Assembly (NCBI GenBank): GCA_963674825.1 | Contig: OY771587.1 | Coordinates: 64,001 to 128,000 of the forward strand | Origin: Candidatus Cloacimonadales bacterium | Lineage (GTDB): Bacteria; Cloacimonadota; Cloacimonadia; Cloacimonadales; JAIOQZ01 | Reading direction: 5' to 3' | DNA: 64,000 nt | Part shown: positions 26,773 to 39,916 of the stretch, in pieces | Numbering within the stretch: position 1 is the first letter of the stretch | Layout: every line of letters begins with the position of its first letter | Notes under the pieces: model-generated | The model's database searches: none | Told to the model about the DNA's origin: nothing | What the model saw: only the letters and a program-made list of their open reading frames with translations | Made by a program: the position numbers and the translations under genes

Positions 26773-28839
26773 ATGTCCAACTATTTTATGGAAACCCAGC
26801 ATCATGAATGGATTCTAACGAATCGACTCGGTGGCTATTGCCTTGGCACCGGGAATCTCGTCAACCAGCGCAAATACCACGGACTGCTCATCGCGGGATT
26901 ACGCAATATGGAGCGATGGCATCTGGTGGAAAGTATGGAAGAGAAGATTGAGTGGCGTGGCGAAGAGATATACCTCGATAGCAACAACTACAGCAACTGC
27001 ATCTATCCAGAGGGATTTCTTCACCTGGTCAAATCCTGGCTTCTGCCCTACCCAACCTTCCTCTATTCCACCGCGCACCACGACGACGCCATCCTGATCC
27101 TCAAAGAGATCATGATGGACAAAGAATCCAACACCGTGATGATCCGCTATACAAACCTCGGAGACCATCAGCTTCATTTCCAGCTGCGACCCAAGCTCTC
27201 CATGAGATTGCACCACGACCTGAATGCCCCTGGCACATGGGACAACGAACAGCTCAACACCATCATCGGGATTCAGGGCGAACGCTCCTTCACCACCTTC
27301 AGACCCAGCAACCGTCTGGAGCTGTGCGGCTGTTCATCCATGGGTGAGTTCCACTACGAAACGATTATCTACCGCAACGTATATTACCCATGGGAAGTGA
27401 TGCTCGGCTACAAAGGTACCGGCGACATGATCGCTCCGGTGCGGCTCGATTTCGACCTCAAAGTAGGCGAGCACAATTGCGTGCTGTTCAGTAACGAACC
27501 AGTCGAAGATACCGAAACCATGATCAAACGGATCACCAATTATCATGGAGATATGCCCAAGCCGTCAGACTACCCAGTACGTAAGCCGGACCACTCCATT
27601 CTTGAGAATCTCGACATGAAAGATTCGAAGCTGTTCAATGTACAAGACTACCGTAAGCTACTGCATCTGGCTTACGATGACTTCGTACTGGAAGCGGACA
27701 TCATCGCCGGATTCCCGTGGTTCGGAGCCTGGGGACGCGACACGATGATCTCGCTGGAAGGACTTTATCACACAGCCGATGGCATCGACACGGCCTGGGA
27801 AATTCTGAATCGCTACGGCAAGAAGATCCGGCGCGGCCTGCTTCCCAATGTACTGCCCGAATCGGGAGCAAAAGCGAATTACGACTCAATCGATGCGGCA
27901 CTTTGGTACGTTACGAGGTTGCATCAGGTAGCCAGCCGCAAAGCCGAAGCACTTACAACCAAGAAAGATAAGCGCGCGATATGGGAAACTGCTTTCAAAT
28001 ACGCCGACAAGGTTATTGAAGGTATTATGAAGCACAAGACCCACTATCACATCCGCGAAGATGGGCTGGTGGAGCTGCAGAAGAACTTCGCCAACGCAAC
28101 CTGGATGGATGCTCGTATCGACGGCAAAGAAGTCACGCCAAGGCACGGAGCGCCTATCGAGATCAACGCGCTATGGTTCAACGCTCTTAAGTTCTACGGG
28201 CTCATCCATGAAAGCCTGATGGAGCTGCTGCCCAAAAAGGAACGCTTCAAGCTCTTCATCAATTTGACCGAGATGATCGACAAGGTACACGCGGCGTTCG
28301 ATAAATTCTGGATGGGCGATTACCTCGCCGACCGATTGGAGGGTGATAAGCGCATCGAGGAAGTTCGTCCGAATGCAGTAATCGCGTGCGGTCTGCCCTT
28401 TGAGATCGTCGATTACGATAAGATGAAGATGGTCTTCGAACATGCAAAGAAGGAGCTCTACACCGAGTATGGACTCCGCACCCTTTCACCGAAGGACTAC
28501 CGCTTCAGAAAGAAATACATCGGCTCGCAGATCGAGCGCGACAAGGCATATCATCAGGGAACCGTGTGGGCCTGGCCGCTGGAAACCTACGCCAAATTGT
28601 TCGTCAGAATCTACGAGGAAGAACTTACCAAACAGGATTTGCAGGAGGGACTGGTGGATATTATCCACAAATTCCGCAACGGGTTCCTGCGAGGCCACAT
28701 CGCGTCGGTTGCTGAAGTATGGGACGGCGATAAACCGCACTTCCCCAAGGGTTGCCCTGCGCAAGCCTGGAGCGTGGCAGCAGTCTACAATATCGAAAAA
28801 ATGATCGAACACCTTAGCGATGAAGAGGATAACCAATGA
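26773..28839 (+). CDS. Glycogen debranching enzyme (amylo-alpha-1,6-glucosidase, GH133 archaeal-type)
   Basis: EWILTNRLGGY, RKYHGLL, AGFPWFGAWGRDTMI, TWMDA, EINALW, YHQGTVW, GCPAQAWS. Confidence 0.93.
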   Translation: MSNYFMETQHHEWILTNRLGGYCLGTGNLVNQRKYHGLLIAGLRNMERWHLVESMEEKIEWRGEEIYLDSNNYSNCIYPEGFLHLVKSWLLPYPTFLYSTAHHDDAILILKEIMMDKESNTVMIRYTNLGDHQLHFQLRPKLSMRLHHDLNAPGTWDNEQLNTIIGIQGERSFTTFRPSNRLELCGCSSMGEFHYETIIYRNVYYPWEVMLGYKGTGDMIAPVRLDFDLKVGEHNCVLFSNEPVEDTETMIKRITNYHGDMPKPSDYPVRKPDHSILENLDMKDSKLFNVQDYRKLLHLAYDDFVLEADIIAGFPWFGAWGRDTMISLEGLYHTADGIDTAWEILNRYGKKIRRGLLPNVLPESGAKANYDSIDAALWYVTRLHQVASRKAEALTTKKDKRAIWETAFKYADKVIEGIMKHKTHYHIREDGLVELQKNFANATWMDARIDGKEVTPRHGAPIEINALWFNALKFYGLIHESLMELLPKKERFKLFINLTEMIDKVHAAFDKFWMGDYLADRLEGDKRIEEVRPNAVIACGLPFEIVDYDKMKMVFEHAKKELYTEYGLRTLSPKDYRFRKKYIGSQIERDKAYHQGTVWAWPLETYAKLFVRIYEEELTKQDLQEGLVDIIHKFRNGFLRGHIASVAEVWDGDKPHFPKGCPAQAWSVAAVYNIEKMIEHLSDEEDNQ

Positions 28840-30182
28840 GAATCCTAATGTACACATGGGAATTCCCGCCGCTTATCGCGGGAGGGCTTGGCATGGCCTG
28901 TTACGGCATGGTTAAAGCGCTCCTGAAGCAGAATGTAGAGATTGACCTGATCATTCCAACCCGGGAAGCAGTCTATTTCCCGATGCGCACGCCCGAGGAC
29001 GCCGATACCCTGCCGGTTGTGTTTCTCGACGAGAAGAAGCAGGAAGAATACTATACAACCACCTTTGAGGACGATAACCAACGTTTCAAGTACATCGGTA
29101 TCACCGAAGCGCCCGAGACCTATAAGCAGGTTGAAGAGATCAGCGAATCGATCCGGCTTGCTGTGGAAGAGCAAACCGATGAGGACGAAGAGAAAATTGA
29201 TCGCGAACCTGGCTACGAAGACATCTGGGACAACATCGCACACCATTTGATGGGAAGCGACGAGATCTTCAAACGGGTGCAGGAATACACCCTGCGCGCG
29301 GAACGCTACGCAAAAATCCTCCAATATGATGCCATCCATTCGCACGATTGGCTCTGCTATCCGGCAGGTATGATCGCACGAAAAATATCCGGCAAACCGC
29401 TGGTTTCACATATCCATGCCACCGAATTCGATCGCGCCGGAGGGCCGGGCAATCCGAACGTCCACAACATCGAATTCACCGGCATGACTTACGCCGATTA
29501 CGTGATCGCCGTCTCACAATACACCGCGGAAATGATCATCTCCCGCTACCGGATTGACACCGGTAAAATCCGTATCGTGCACAACGCCTACATCGTCGAT
29601 GACAACATCCAGAAATGCGAGAAGCGTCTCTTCCACGGCACGACGATTCTTTTCCTGGGGCGAATCACGCTGCAGAAAGGGCCGGAGTTCTTCCTCGACG
29701 TGGCCAAAAGCGTGTTGGAGAAGCATCCCGACGCGCGATTCATCATGGCTGGCAGCGGTGACATGGCACGCAAGATCATCCAGCGCTCAGCCGCGCTCAA
29801 GATGCGAAACCGCTTCCTCTTCACTGGATTCCTGAACCGCAAGGAAGTCGACGACATCCTGAAGATGTCCGATATCTATATGCTTCCATCCATCTCCGAG
29901 CCATTCGGTATCGCGCCTCTGGAAGCGATGGCCTACGGCGTCACGGCCGTGATCTCTAAGCAGTCGGGAGTATCGGAAGTTGTAGAGAACGCATACAAGA
30001 TCGATTTCTGGGATGTGCCGCGCATGGTGAAGGTGATCAACGACCTGATCGAGCACCCCGCAAAGCGCCGCAAGATCGGTATCGCGGGAATGCAGGAAGT
30101 CAATCAGATCCAATGGGACGACGCCGCGACAAAGATCAAGGCGGTCTATCAAGAAGCAATCGACGAATTTCAGCAGCAATAA
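28836..30182 (+). CDS. Glycosyltransferase family 4
   Basis: WEFPP...GGLG, HDW, HATE, GRITLQKG, EPFGIAPLEA. Confidence 0.93.
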   Translation: MRILMYTWEFPPLIAGGLGMACYGMVKALLKQNVEIDLIIPTREAVYFPMRTPEDADTLPVVFLDEKKQEEYYTTTFEDDNQRFKYIGITEAPETYKQVEEISESIRLAVEEQTDEDEEKIDREPGYEDIWDNIAHHLMGSDEIFKRVQEYTLRAERYAKILQYDAIHSHDWLCYPAGMIARKISGKPLVSHIHATEFDRAGGPGNPNVHNIEFTGMTYADYVIAVSQYTAEMIISRYRIDTGKIRIVHNAYIVDDNIQKCEKRLFHGTTILFLGRITLQKGPEFFLDVAKSVLEKHPDARFIMAGSGDMARKIIQRSAALKMRNRFLFTGFLNRKEVDDILKMSDIYMLPSISEPFGIAPLEAMAYGVTAVISKQSGVSEVVENAYKIDFWDVPRMVKVINDLIEHPAKRRKIGIAGMQEVNQIQWDDAATKIKAVYQEAIDEFQQQ

Positions 30183-30194
30183 ACGGAGCGCATT

Positions 30195-31436
30195 ATGTTG
30201 AACATCGTATTTTATTTCCAGGTTCATCAACCCTACCGGCTTCGGCATCTGAACATCCTCAACGCCCGATCCGCCGAAGACTATTTCGATAACGGCCTCA
30301 ATCAGATCGTCATGCAGCGCGTTGCCGACCGCTGCTATCTCCCCGCGAATCAGCTCATGCTCAAGCTGCTCAGGAGGTTCCACGGCAAGTTCAAGATAGC
30401 CTATTCCATCACCGGATGCGCCATCGAACAGATGAAGCTCTACGCGCCCGAAGCACTGGAATCGTTCCACGCTCTCATCGATACCGGCCACGTCGAGATG
30501 ATCGGCGAGACCTATTATCACTCGCTTTCGAGTCTTTACGACGTCGATGAATTTCTGGAACAGGTGGGCCAGCACAAGAAAATGCTGAAGGAGGAGTTCG
30601 GCGTCACACCTACCGTCTTCCGCAACACTGAGCTGATCTACGACGACATGCTCTCAAACCTGATCTATGAGGAAGAGGGCTTCAAGGTAATCCTCACCGA
30701 GGGCGCTGACCGCATCCTGCGCTGGAGAAAACCGCTCCACGCTTACAAAAATTTCACCAAGGACATCTTCCTGCTGCTCAAGCACTACAAGCTGTCCGAC
30801 GACATCGCGTTCCGCTTCTCCGATCCTGAGTGGGACGAATATCCGCTCACCACGGAGAAATTCGTGGACTGGATCAACAAGCTCAACCTGAGCGAGACGG
30901 ATGACCGCAACCTGTTCCTCAATATTTTCATCGACTACGAGACCTTCGGTGAACATCAGTGGGCCGAAAGCGGTATCTTCAAGTTCATGGAGAAGCTGCC
31001 TGAGACGGTGCTGGTGCAGCCCAACCTCGGCTTTTGTTTCCCTTCGGAGGTGGAGAAATTCACCAATTACCAACCCGAGAGCATCACCGTACCCGAGCCG
31101 GTCTCCTGGGCCGATCTCGACCGTGATCTCTCCGCATGGCTGGAAAACGACATGCAGTTTAACGCGATCGAAACGCTCTACGAGCTGCTGCATAAGATCA
31201 AACAGGAGAATCGTACCGATCTGCTTCGAACCGCTCGACTCCTTTCGACGTCCGACCATTTCTACTATATGTCCACCAAGTATTTCCAGGATGGCGACGT
31301 CCATAAGTACTTCTCGCCTTACGACTCACCGGAACAGGCGTATATTTACTACATCAATGCGCTGGCGGACCTTGAGGAGAAATTGAAAGAGCCTTGCGAA
31401 TCGGTTGCTAATGACGCGGCAAATGCAACAGGATAA
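30195..31436 (+). CDS. Glycoside hydrolase family 57 (alpha-amylase-like)
   Basis: FQVHQP, ETYYHS, FRNTELIY, LSDDIAFRFS, DYETFGEHQW, TSDHFYYM. Confidence 0.94.
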   Translation: MLNIVFYFQVHQPYRLRHLNILNARSAEDYFDNGLNQIVMQRVADRCYLPANQLMLKLLRRFHGKFKIAYSITGCAIEQMKLYAPEALESFHALIDTGHVEMIGETYYHSLSSLYDVDEFLEQVGQHKKMLKEEFGVTPTVFRNTELIYDDMLSNLIYEEEGFKVILTEGADRILRWRKPLHAYKNFTKDIFLLLKHYKLSDDIAFRFSDPEWDEYPLTTEKFVDWINKLNLSETDDRNLFLNIFIDYETFGEHQWAESGIFKFMEKLPETVLVQPNLGFCFPSEVEKFTNYQPESITVPEPVSWADLDRDLSAWLENDMQFNAIETLYELLHKIKQENRTDLLRTARLLSTSDHFYYMSTKYFQDGDVHKYFSPYDSPEQAYIYYINALADLEEKLKEPCESVANDAANATG

Positions 31437-31600
31437 ATTCACGGTGAATTGGAACAAAAATCGTAAAACATGGTTCTGTTATAAAGAACGTATAAGAGGT
31501 GTCGGCAAGATTCCGCACCGACTGGGCGAAAATAACGGTTGACGCAACAGTGACTGCGTTAAAAAATACGCGTTACGATCATGAAAGGTGTCTGAAGTTT

Positions 31601-33646
31601 ATGCTGAAAAGGTTTACATGGATATTAGCGCTAATGGCAATAGCTGTTTGTGCGCACGCAATCCATATCGATTATATTCCGAATCCCGATGGCGGGGATA
31701 TCGCCCTGCGCGACCAGCAGGATGTATATTACCACAACGAACGGGATGACCAGCACTGGTACGGAACCAACCGATGGGCAGTCTATTTCGACCTGCTGTC
31801 CTATTTCCCGGGAAGCGATACCGTGTCCATCATTCCGACTGAAGCTGTTTTCTTCTGTCCGAGCAATCTCGATGGTGATACCGTCACCCTGACGGTCTGT
31901 GGCAATAACGACAGCGACCAGCCGGATGAGACGAACATTTACGCGATAGCCACCGAGGAAGGAAACCTGTATGGCTGGAATACCATCGATCTTGACGGTA
32001 TAACCGAGAGCCTCTATGATTTCTGGATCATCATCGATTACGAAACACACCATTACTCGTCAAGCCCGGAGCAGAGCAGCTACATCGCTGCCAGCGGTAC
32101 GGGCGGCACGCACAGCTACTACTGGGATCCCGATTACGGCAGTAACGGATGGTTCCTCAATATGTCGCTCAGTGGATTCGAAAGCGAATTCATCATCGGC
32201 GTCAACGGAGACTTTGTCTATCCCGAGGAATACCGAGATATCCGGCTCGACAGCGTCGGCGCAAATGTGATATCAGGAAATCATACAAATATTTACCCTA
32301 CATGGCAAATCACCAATCGTTCGGCAGTTACACTTGAAGATGTTACAGTAACCTATTCTATTGAACCACCTGACGATTTACCGAATGGTGGCTTTACAGC
32401 TACCTCCGATCCATTTTCAATCGATGCAGGGGAAACTATCACGGGGATTGCGGATAGTTGCTTGACACTTGGACGGCCAAAGCTGCAAATGATTATCGAA
32501 GCAGAAGTTTCGTATCCTGGAAGCGATGAGCTCGATGCAAGCCAATCCAATAATTCCGGGACGCATCTTCAGGAGATTTTCCTGACGGCTCGAAGCCATG
32601 CTTTTATCGAGAATGCCGTCCGAAGCGAAGACCCGGCAACCAGCATGATATGGGAATTGCAGGATAGCGAGATCGACCCGGAAACATCCATCATACTGAA
32701 CTACTTTCCAGATATGTCGGATACTCTTCTCTACTGTCAGGACGCGGTGTCACGATTCAGCCAGTACGAGCTTTTCGGCTATCCTAACACGATCGTCCAG
32801 GGTCTCAACAAAATCAACGGCTACAGCGGTGAAGAAACCTATGTCGATTCATTGCAACGATACCATGACAACACGCTCGCGACGAACACTTTTGTTTCAC
32901 TCGATGGTTACGATATACGAACATGGGAAGATGGCGAATATCTCTGCCGCATCTATCTCACAAACGACAGTACCTATGTTTTCGACAGCTACATCCAGAA
33001 TCTTGTCTTTTACGCAGCCCTGGTCGAAGAAGGAATCACCGTCGGAGATATGACGATTCCGGGCTATACGCTGATCGAGTTTCTGCCGGATTCAACAGGA
33101 GTCGTGGGCGTACAAAACGATGAGCTGCTTTGCGATTCGACTGCAACCTATAATTTTGACTTCAACATCAACAATATCGAAGCGATCCAGGATACATCCA
33201 ACCACTTCGAAAACCTGTCGGTCCTGATGTTCCTGCAATTCGAGTCGGAATCATGGAATCGTAAGAGCTGGATCGAATACGCGACGGTCGTTCCATTATC
33301 CTCATTCATCGATGAAGCTGTAGGCGTGGACGACGAAACTGCGCCTGTCGTTCCGGACGTATCGGTCTATCCGAATCCGTTCAGGCCGGGGCAGAATGTT
33401 TATATCGAATTACCGCAGACGAAATCGCGCAGCCTGAAGCAGGTGACCGTGGATGTCTATAACATCCGTGGACAACGAGTACGAAGAATCGTGCGGGAAC
33501 AAGACGAGATCGCCAGCGGTATCTATTGGGACGGACGTAACCAGCAGGGCAGAATCGTTTCGACAGGCATTTATCTAATGCGCATCGAAGCAAATGACGG
33601 TAATTCCGCGAGTGTTCTGCATAAAAACTGCCTCCTTATCAAATAA
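31601..33646 (+). CDS. Secreted protein with degenerate Omp28-like domain and T9SS-like CTD
   Basis: Signal peptide from ATG 31601; AFIENAV...RFSQYELFGYPNTIVQG; YPNPFRP...YNIRGQ...WDGRNQQG...TGIYL...CLLIK. Confidence 0.8.
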   Translation: MLKRFTWILALMAIAVCAHAIHIDYIPNPDGGDIALRDQQDVYYHNERDDQHWYGTNRWAVYFDLLSYFPGSDTVSIIPTEAVFFCPSNLDGDTVTLTVCGNNDSDQPDETNIYAIATEEGNLYGWNTIDLDGITESLYDFWIIIDYETHHYSSSPEQSSYIAASGTGGTHSYYWDPDYGSNGWFLNMSLSGFESEFIIGVNGDFVYPEEYRDIRLDSVGANVISGNHTNIYPTWQITNRSAVTLEDVTVTYSIEPPDDLPNGGFTATSDPFSIDAGETITGIADSCLTLGRPKLQMIIEAEVSYPGSDELDASQSNNSGTHLQEIFLTARSHAFIENAVRSEDPATSMIWELQDSEIDPETSIILNYFPDMSDTLLYCQDAVSRFSQYELFGYPNTIVQGLNKINGYSGEETYVDSLQRYHDNTLATNTFVSLDGYDIRTWEDGEYLCRIYLTNDSTYVFDSYIQNLVFYAALVEEGITVGDMTIPGYTLIEFLPDSTGVVGVQNDELLCDSTATYNFDFNINNIEAIQDTSNHFENLSVLMFLQFESESWNRKSWIEYATVVPLSSFIDEAVGVDDETAPVVPDVSVYPNPFRPGQNVYIELPQTKSRSLKQVTVDVYNIRGQRVRRIVREQDEIASGIYWDGRNQQGRIVSTGIYLMRIEANDGNSASVLHKNCLLIK

Positions 33647-33668
33647 GGCAGTGAAAGCGACGTAGTAT

Positions 33669-34733
33669 TTGAGAACGAAGACCATATTCGATCGGACATT
33701 TGACGAATACAGTGGTGTACTGCACGTTCATACCCAATATTCGTTCGATTGCGATGTCGCACTTTCGCGCATTATTCGCGCAGCAAAAAGAGCCAACGTC
33801 GATTTCATCATGATCAACGACCATCATAATTTCGCCGCGAAAGACGATCCTGCCGTTCGCGAAGAGAAAGATCTGATCATCCTTGCCGGCGCAGAGGTGA
33901 ACGACAAAGGTGGCAACAATCATTATCTCGTTTACGGTACCGATCATGTGCATTCCAAGATCCCAACGCCCGAGTATATGCAAAAATACGCAGCCGAAGG
34001 AATTCATGGCTTTATCGCACACCCGAAGGAACGCCGTAGAACCAAGAAATATCGCAAATATCCCTGGCTCGAAAAGGATGTTCGACATGCCGCCGGAATG
34101 GAGATATGGAATTTCACATCGAGCTGGATCGGCAAGCTGATCCCTACGCTCAACGCCATTCCGATGCTCCTTTTCCCGGGTTGCTACGTGCGGAAACCAC
34201 TACCGGAGAACCTGAGGCTCTGGGACAAGTGGAATCTCGAAGGTTTGCGTATGACGGGGATTGGGACCGCGGATGTCCATGGTACTCGCATGAAGCTTCC
34301 AGGCTTCAAGTTTCGAGTACTCTCTCATGAGCGCCTTATGAGAATGCTTCGGACGCAGGTACTTCTCGATGAAGACACCGAGCCAACACCTATCAATATA
34401 TACCGCGCCATGCAGCGCGGAAACTGCTACGTCGTTAATCAATCTATCGGCGCACCGTTCAACTTCTATGCCGGGATCGTAGATCCGGACGGCAACGGCG
34501 CGACTTATGGCGAGGATATCGATTTCCAGAAGAATCTTACCCTGTATTTCAATCTGCCGATGAGCTCGAAAGTCGTATTGATTCATAACGGTAAGAAGAT
34601 CGCCCAAGAACGCGATCAACGTGGTAAGTTCGCCATCACCCAGCCGGGATTCTATCGGCTGGAGATCTCGCGATTCGGGAAAGGGTGGATTTATACCAAC
34701 CCCATTTACGTAAATGACACAAGAAAAGATTGA
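33669..34733 (+). CDS. PHP-domain metallohydrolase
   Basis: LHVHTQYS, INDH, GAEV, AHP, ADVH. Confidence 0.85.
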   Translation: MRTKTIFDRTFDEYSGVLHVHTQYSFDCDVALSRIIRAAKRANVDFIMINDHHNFAAKDDPAVREEKDLIILAGAEVNDKGGNNHYLVYGTDHVHSKIPTPEYMQKYAAEGIHGFIAHPKERRRTKKYRKYPWLEKDVRHAAGMEIWNFTSSWIGKLIPTLNAIPMLLFPGCYVRKPLPENLRLWDKWNLEGLRMTGIGTADVHGTRMKLPGFKFRVLSHERLMRMLRTQVLLDEDTEPTPINIYRAMQRGNCYVVNQSIGAPFNFYAGIVDPDGNGATYGEDIDFQKNLTLYFNLPMSSKVVLIHNGKKIAQERDQRGKFAITQPGFYRLEISRFGKGWIYTNPIYVNDTRKD

Positions 34734-34805
34734 TTCACACTTGTGGGTCTGAAAAAAATAAAAGATGATCCACGCATGTGGTTCTAAAAAAATGAAAGGC
34801 TAATC

Positions 34806-35750
34806 ATGGAAAAGATCTTTATTGAGGATTTGCAACATTATTTGAACGAAGAGATTGTCACCTACTTTCTGGTTACGCAGAAAGAGCTTAGAGACGGCAA
34901 GAGAGACCAGTATATCCGGCTGAGACTGACCGATAAATCGGGCAATATCAACGGCAATATCTGGAGCAATGTCAAGCAGCTGAAGGATCTCTTCAAGGAA
35001 GGCGACATCGTCAAGATCAAGGGCATCGTAATCTCCTACAAGGAGCAAAACCAGATCACAGTCAACAACATCCGCCGAGCGAAAGAGGATGAATACGACA
35101 TCTCCGAGTTCGTGCCCAAGACATCCAAGGATGTCAAGGACCTCTCCGACGCACTCTTCCACTACATCGACAACATCAACGATGAATACATAAAGCAGCT
35201 TCTGGAAAGCATCTTCGGTGATAAGGAATTCTTCTCGAAGTTTTCACAAGCTCCCGCTGCGAAAAGCTGGCACCACAACTACATGGGTGGATTGATCGAG
35301 CACACCGTTTCTGTCACTAAGATTTGCGATTTTGCTTCGCATATGTATCCGGTGCAGAAGGACATCCTCATGGCCGGCGCAATGCTGCATGATTCGGGGA
35401 AAGTATACGAATACAGCATGCGTCCCGCAATCGACTTCACGCCCATCGGAAGGCTGGTTGGTCACATCTGCCTTGCGGACGAAATGGTAACCAAGAAAGC
35501 AGCTGAGATCAACAACTTTCCCGAAAACACGCTGCTTAAAATCAGGCACCTGATCCTCTCGCATCATGGCGAGTTCGAGAAAGGCTCCTGCCGACTGCCG
35601 CAGATGCTCGAAGCGATTGTGCTGCATTACGCCGACAATCTCGATGCACAGACGATCGGTGTGAACCAGCTCGTTGAGACCGCTCTCAAGTCAGATTCCG
35701 AGTGGACCGAGTACGACAAACTCAACAACCGGTACTTCTATATAGGTTGA
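34806..35750 (+). CDS. yhaM: 3'-5' exoribonuclease YhaM family (OB fold + HD)
   Basis: LTDKSG OB fold; PAAKSWHH...GGLIEH, LHDSGK, LSHHG, ADNLDA. Confidence 0.9.
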   Translation: MEKIFIEDLQHYLNEEIVTYFLVTQKELRDGKRDQYIRLRLTDKSGNINGNIWSNVKQLKDLFKEGDIVKIKGIVISYKEQNQITVNNIRRAKEDEYDISEFVPKTSKDVKDLSDALFHYIDNINDEYIKQLLESIFGDKEFFSKFSQAPAAKSWHHNYMGGLIEHTVSVTKICDFASHMYPVQKDILMAGAMLHDSGKVYEYSMRPAIDFTPIGRLVGHICLADEMVTKKAAEINNFPENTLLKIRHLILSHHGEFEKGSCRLPQMLEAIVLHYADNLDAQTIGVNQLVETALKSDSEWTEYDKLNNRYFYIG

Positions 35751-35751
35751 T

Positions 35752-36531
35752 ATGTTTCAGACCACGGTACTCGCGAGCGGAAGCAAGGGCAACGCGATCC
35801 TGATCCGCACGGATCAGACCAAGCTGCTGCTGGATGCGGGGCTTTCAGCGAAAAGACTGTTCGGTTTTATCGAACAACTGCGGATGACGCCCGGTAATAT
35901 CAAGGGGATCATCCTCAGTCACGAGCACAGCGATCACAGTAATGGTGTGGGCGTCTTGTGCCGTAAGCTGAAGATACCGCTCTACGCGACTCGTCCCACT
36001 TTCGACGCATGCAGCCACAAGGTGGGCAATATTCCCGCCGGTGTGCATTTCATCGAGCCGGGATCATCCATATGGATCGACGATCTGGAGGTGCATCCGT
36101 TCAGTTCGTCGCACGATGCGGTCGATTCCTGCAACTTCACCTTCACTAACCGTGAAGGTCGCAAGCTGGCAGTCGTTACCGACGCCGGCTATCCCACGAA
36201 ATTGATGATTGAAAAGATAAAGAACGCATCGTCTCTGATCCTCGAATCGAACCACGATGTCCAGATGCTGTTGGATGGGCCTTATCCCTGGCAGCTCAAA
36301 CAACGGGTTCGGAGCCGGCAGGGCCATCTCTCCAATGAACAGGCGGTTGGCGTACTTAATCAGGTGCTGCATGCTGAACTGAAAAACCTGATTCTGGCGC
36401 ACCTCAGTGAGACCAACAACACGCCGGAGATCGCTCGAAAGACGATGGAAGACTATCTAAATGAAATACGGCATCCGGTGAAGCTCTTTGTAGCCTTACA
36501 GGATCAGCCGACGGAGTTGATCGAGGTATAG
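35752..36531 (+). CDS. MBL-fold metallohydrolase (YycJ/WalJ-like)
   Basis: LASGSKGN, SHEHSDH, SHDA, ESNHD, GHLSN, HLSETNN. Confidence 0.92.
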   Translation: MFQTTVLASGSKGNAILIRTDQTKLLLDAGLSAKRLFGFIEQLRMTPGNIKGIILSHEHSDHSNGVGVLCRKLKIPLYATRPTFDACSHKVGNIPAGVHFIEPGSSIWIDDLEVHPFSSSHDAVDSCNFTFTNREGRKLAVVTDAGYPTKLMIEKIKNASSLILESNHDVQMLLDGPYPWQLKQRVRSRQGHLSNEQAVGVLNQVLHAELKNLILAHLSETNNTPEIARKTMEDYLNEIRHPVKLFVALQDQPTELIEV

Positions 36532-36629
36532 GGATTTGATCCATCCCAACTTCCGAATGTGCCACAGGCTCTTCTGATTGTTGGAATGGAGAATGATGTT
36601 TCCGAGTTTGTGAATACAAAGGAGCAATA

Positions 36630-39084
<2,455 letters not shown>

Positions 39085-39100
39085 TAGAAAGGACGATACT

Positions 39101-39904
39101 ATGAAAAGCGTAACATCGTTTCAAGAGATGAAAACCCGTGGCGAAAAGATCACGATGCTTACCGCGTACGACTATCCTACCGCGCGTGCAGTCGAGAAAG
39201 CTGGCGCAGACCTTATCCTCGTCGGAGATAGCCTGGGGATGGTGGTGCTGGGGTACGAAAACACACTTCAGGTGACGATGGATGACATCATCCACCACAC
39301 CAAAGCAGTACGTCGCGGCGCGAAGGACACATTCGTCATCAGCGATATGCCATACCGTAGCTTCCATCTCGATTTGCGCACAACCAAAGAAAACGCCTTC
39401 CGGCTGATTATCGAAGCCGGAGCAAATGCCGTGAAGCTCGAAGGTGGCAGCGAAAGCCGCCTGGAAGCGATCCGGGCTATCGTCGATTGCGAAATTCCCG
39501 TGGTCGCGCATCTGGGCCTGACCCCGCAATCGGTGAATAAATTTGGTGGCTACAAAGTGCAGGGCAAGAGTGATGCCGCATCCGAGCAGCTATCCACAAT
39601 GGCGAAAAGGATCGAAGAAGCCGGTGCATTCATGGTGGTTCTGGAAGGCATCCCGGAAGCATTGGGCAGAAAGATCTCGCAGGAGCTGACCATCCCGACA
39701 ATCGGCATCGGCGCAGGACGCCACACCGACGGTCAGGTGCTGGTATTCCACGACCTGCTTGGCTTCAGCGATTTCAAACCGAAATTCGTCGAGCTCTATG
39801 AAAACCTCAATACGACCATACCTAAAGCGCTGGAAACGTGGTGTAACGATGTACGCGAAAAACGGTTTCCTGAACGGAAGCAGGTTTATTTTCCCGAAGA
39901 ATAA
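39101..39904 (+). CDS. panB: 3-methyl-2-oxobutanoate hydroxymethyltransferase
   Basis: MLTAYD, LVGDSLG, DMPY, VKLEGG, HLGLTPQ, IGIGAG, GQVLV. Confidence 0.97.
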   Translation: MKSVTSFQEMKTRGEKITMLTAYDYPTARAVEKAGADLILVGDSLGMVVLGYENTLQVTMDDIIHHTKAVRRGAKDTFVISDMPYRSFHLDLRTTKENAFRLIIEAGANAVKLEGGSESRLEAIRAIVDCEIPVVAHLGLTPQSVNKFGGYKVQGKSDAASEQLSTMAKRIEEAGAFMVVLEGIPEALGRKISQELTIPTIGIGAGRHTDGQVLVFHDLLGFSDFKPKFVELYENLNTTIPKALETWCNDVREKRFPERKQVYFPEE

Positions 39905-39916
39905 GGAGAACCATAC

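Noticed and set aside
36539..36590. Possible structured leader before rseP (tccatcccaac...gttggaatgga)
   Set aside because: Imperfect stem with a long loop and no recognisable riboswitch consensus.
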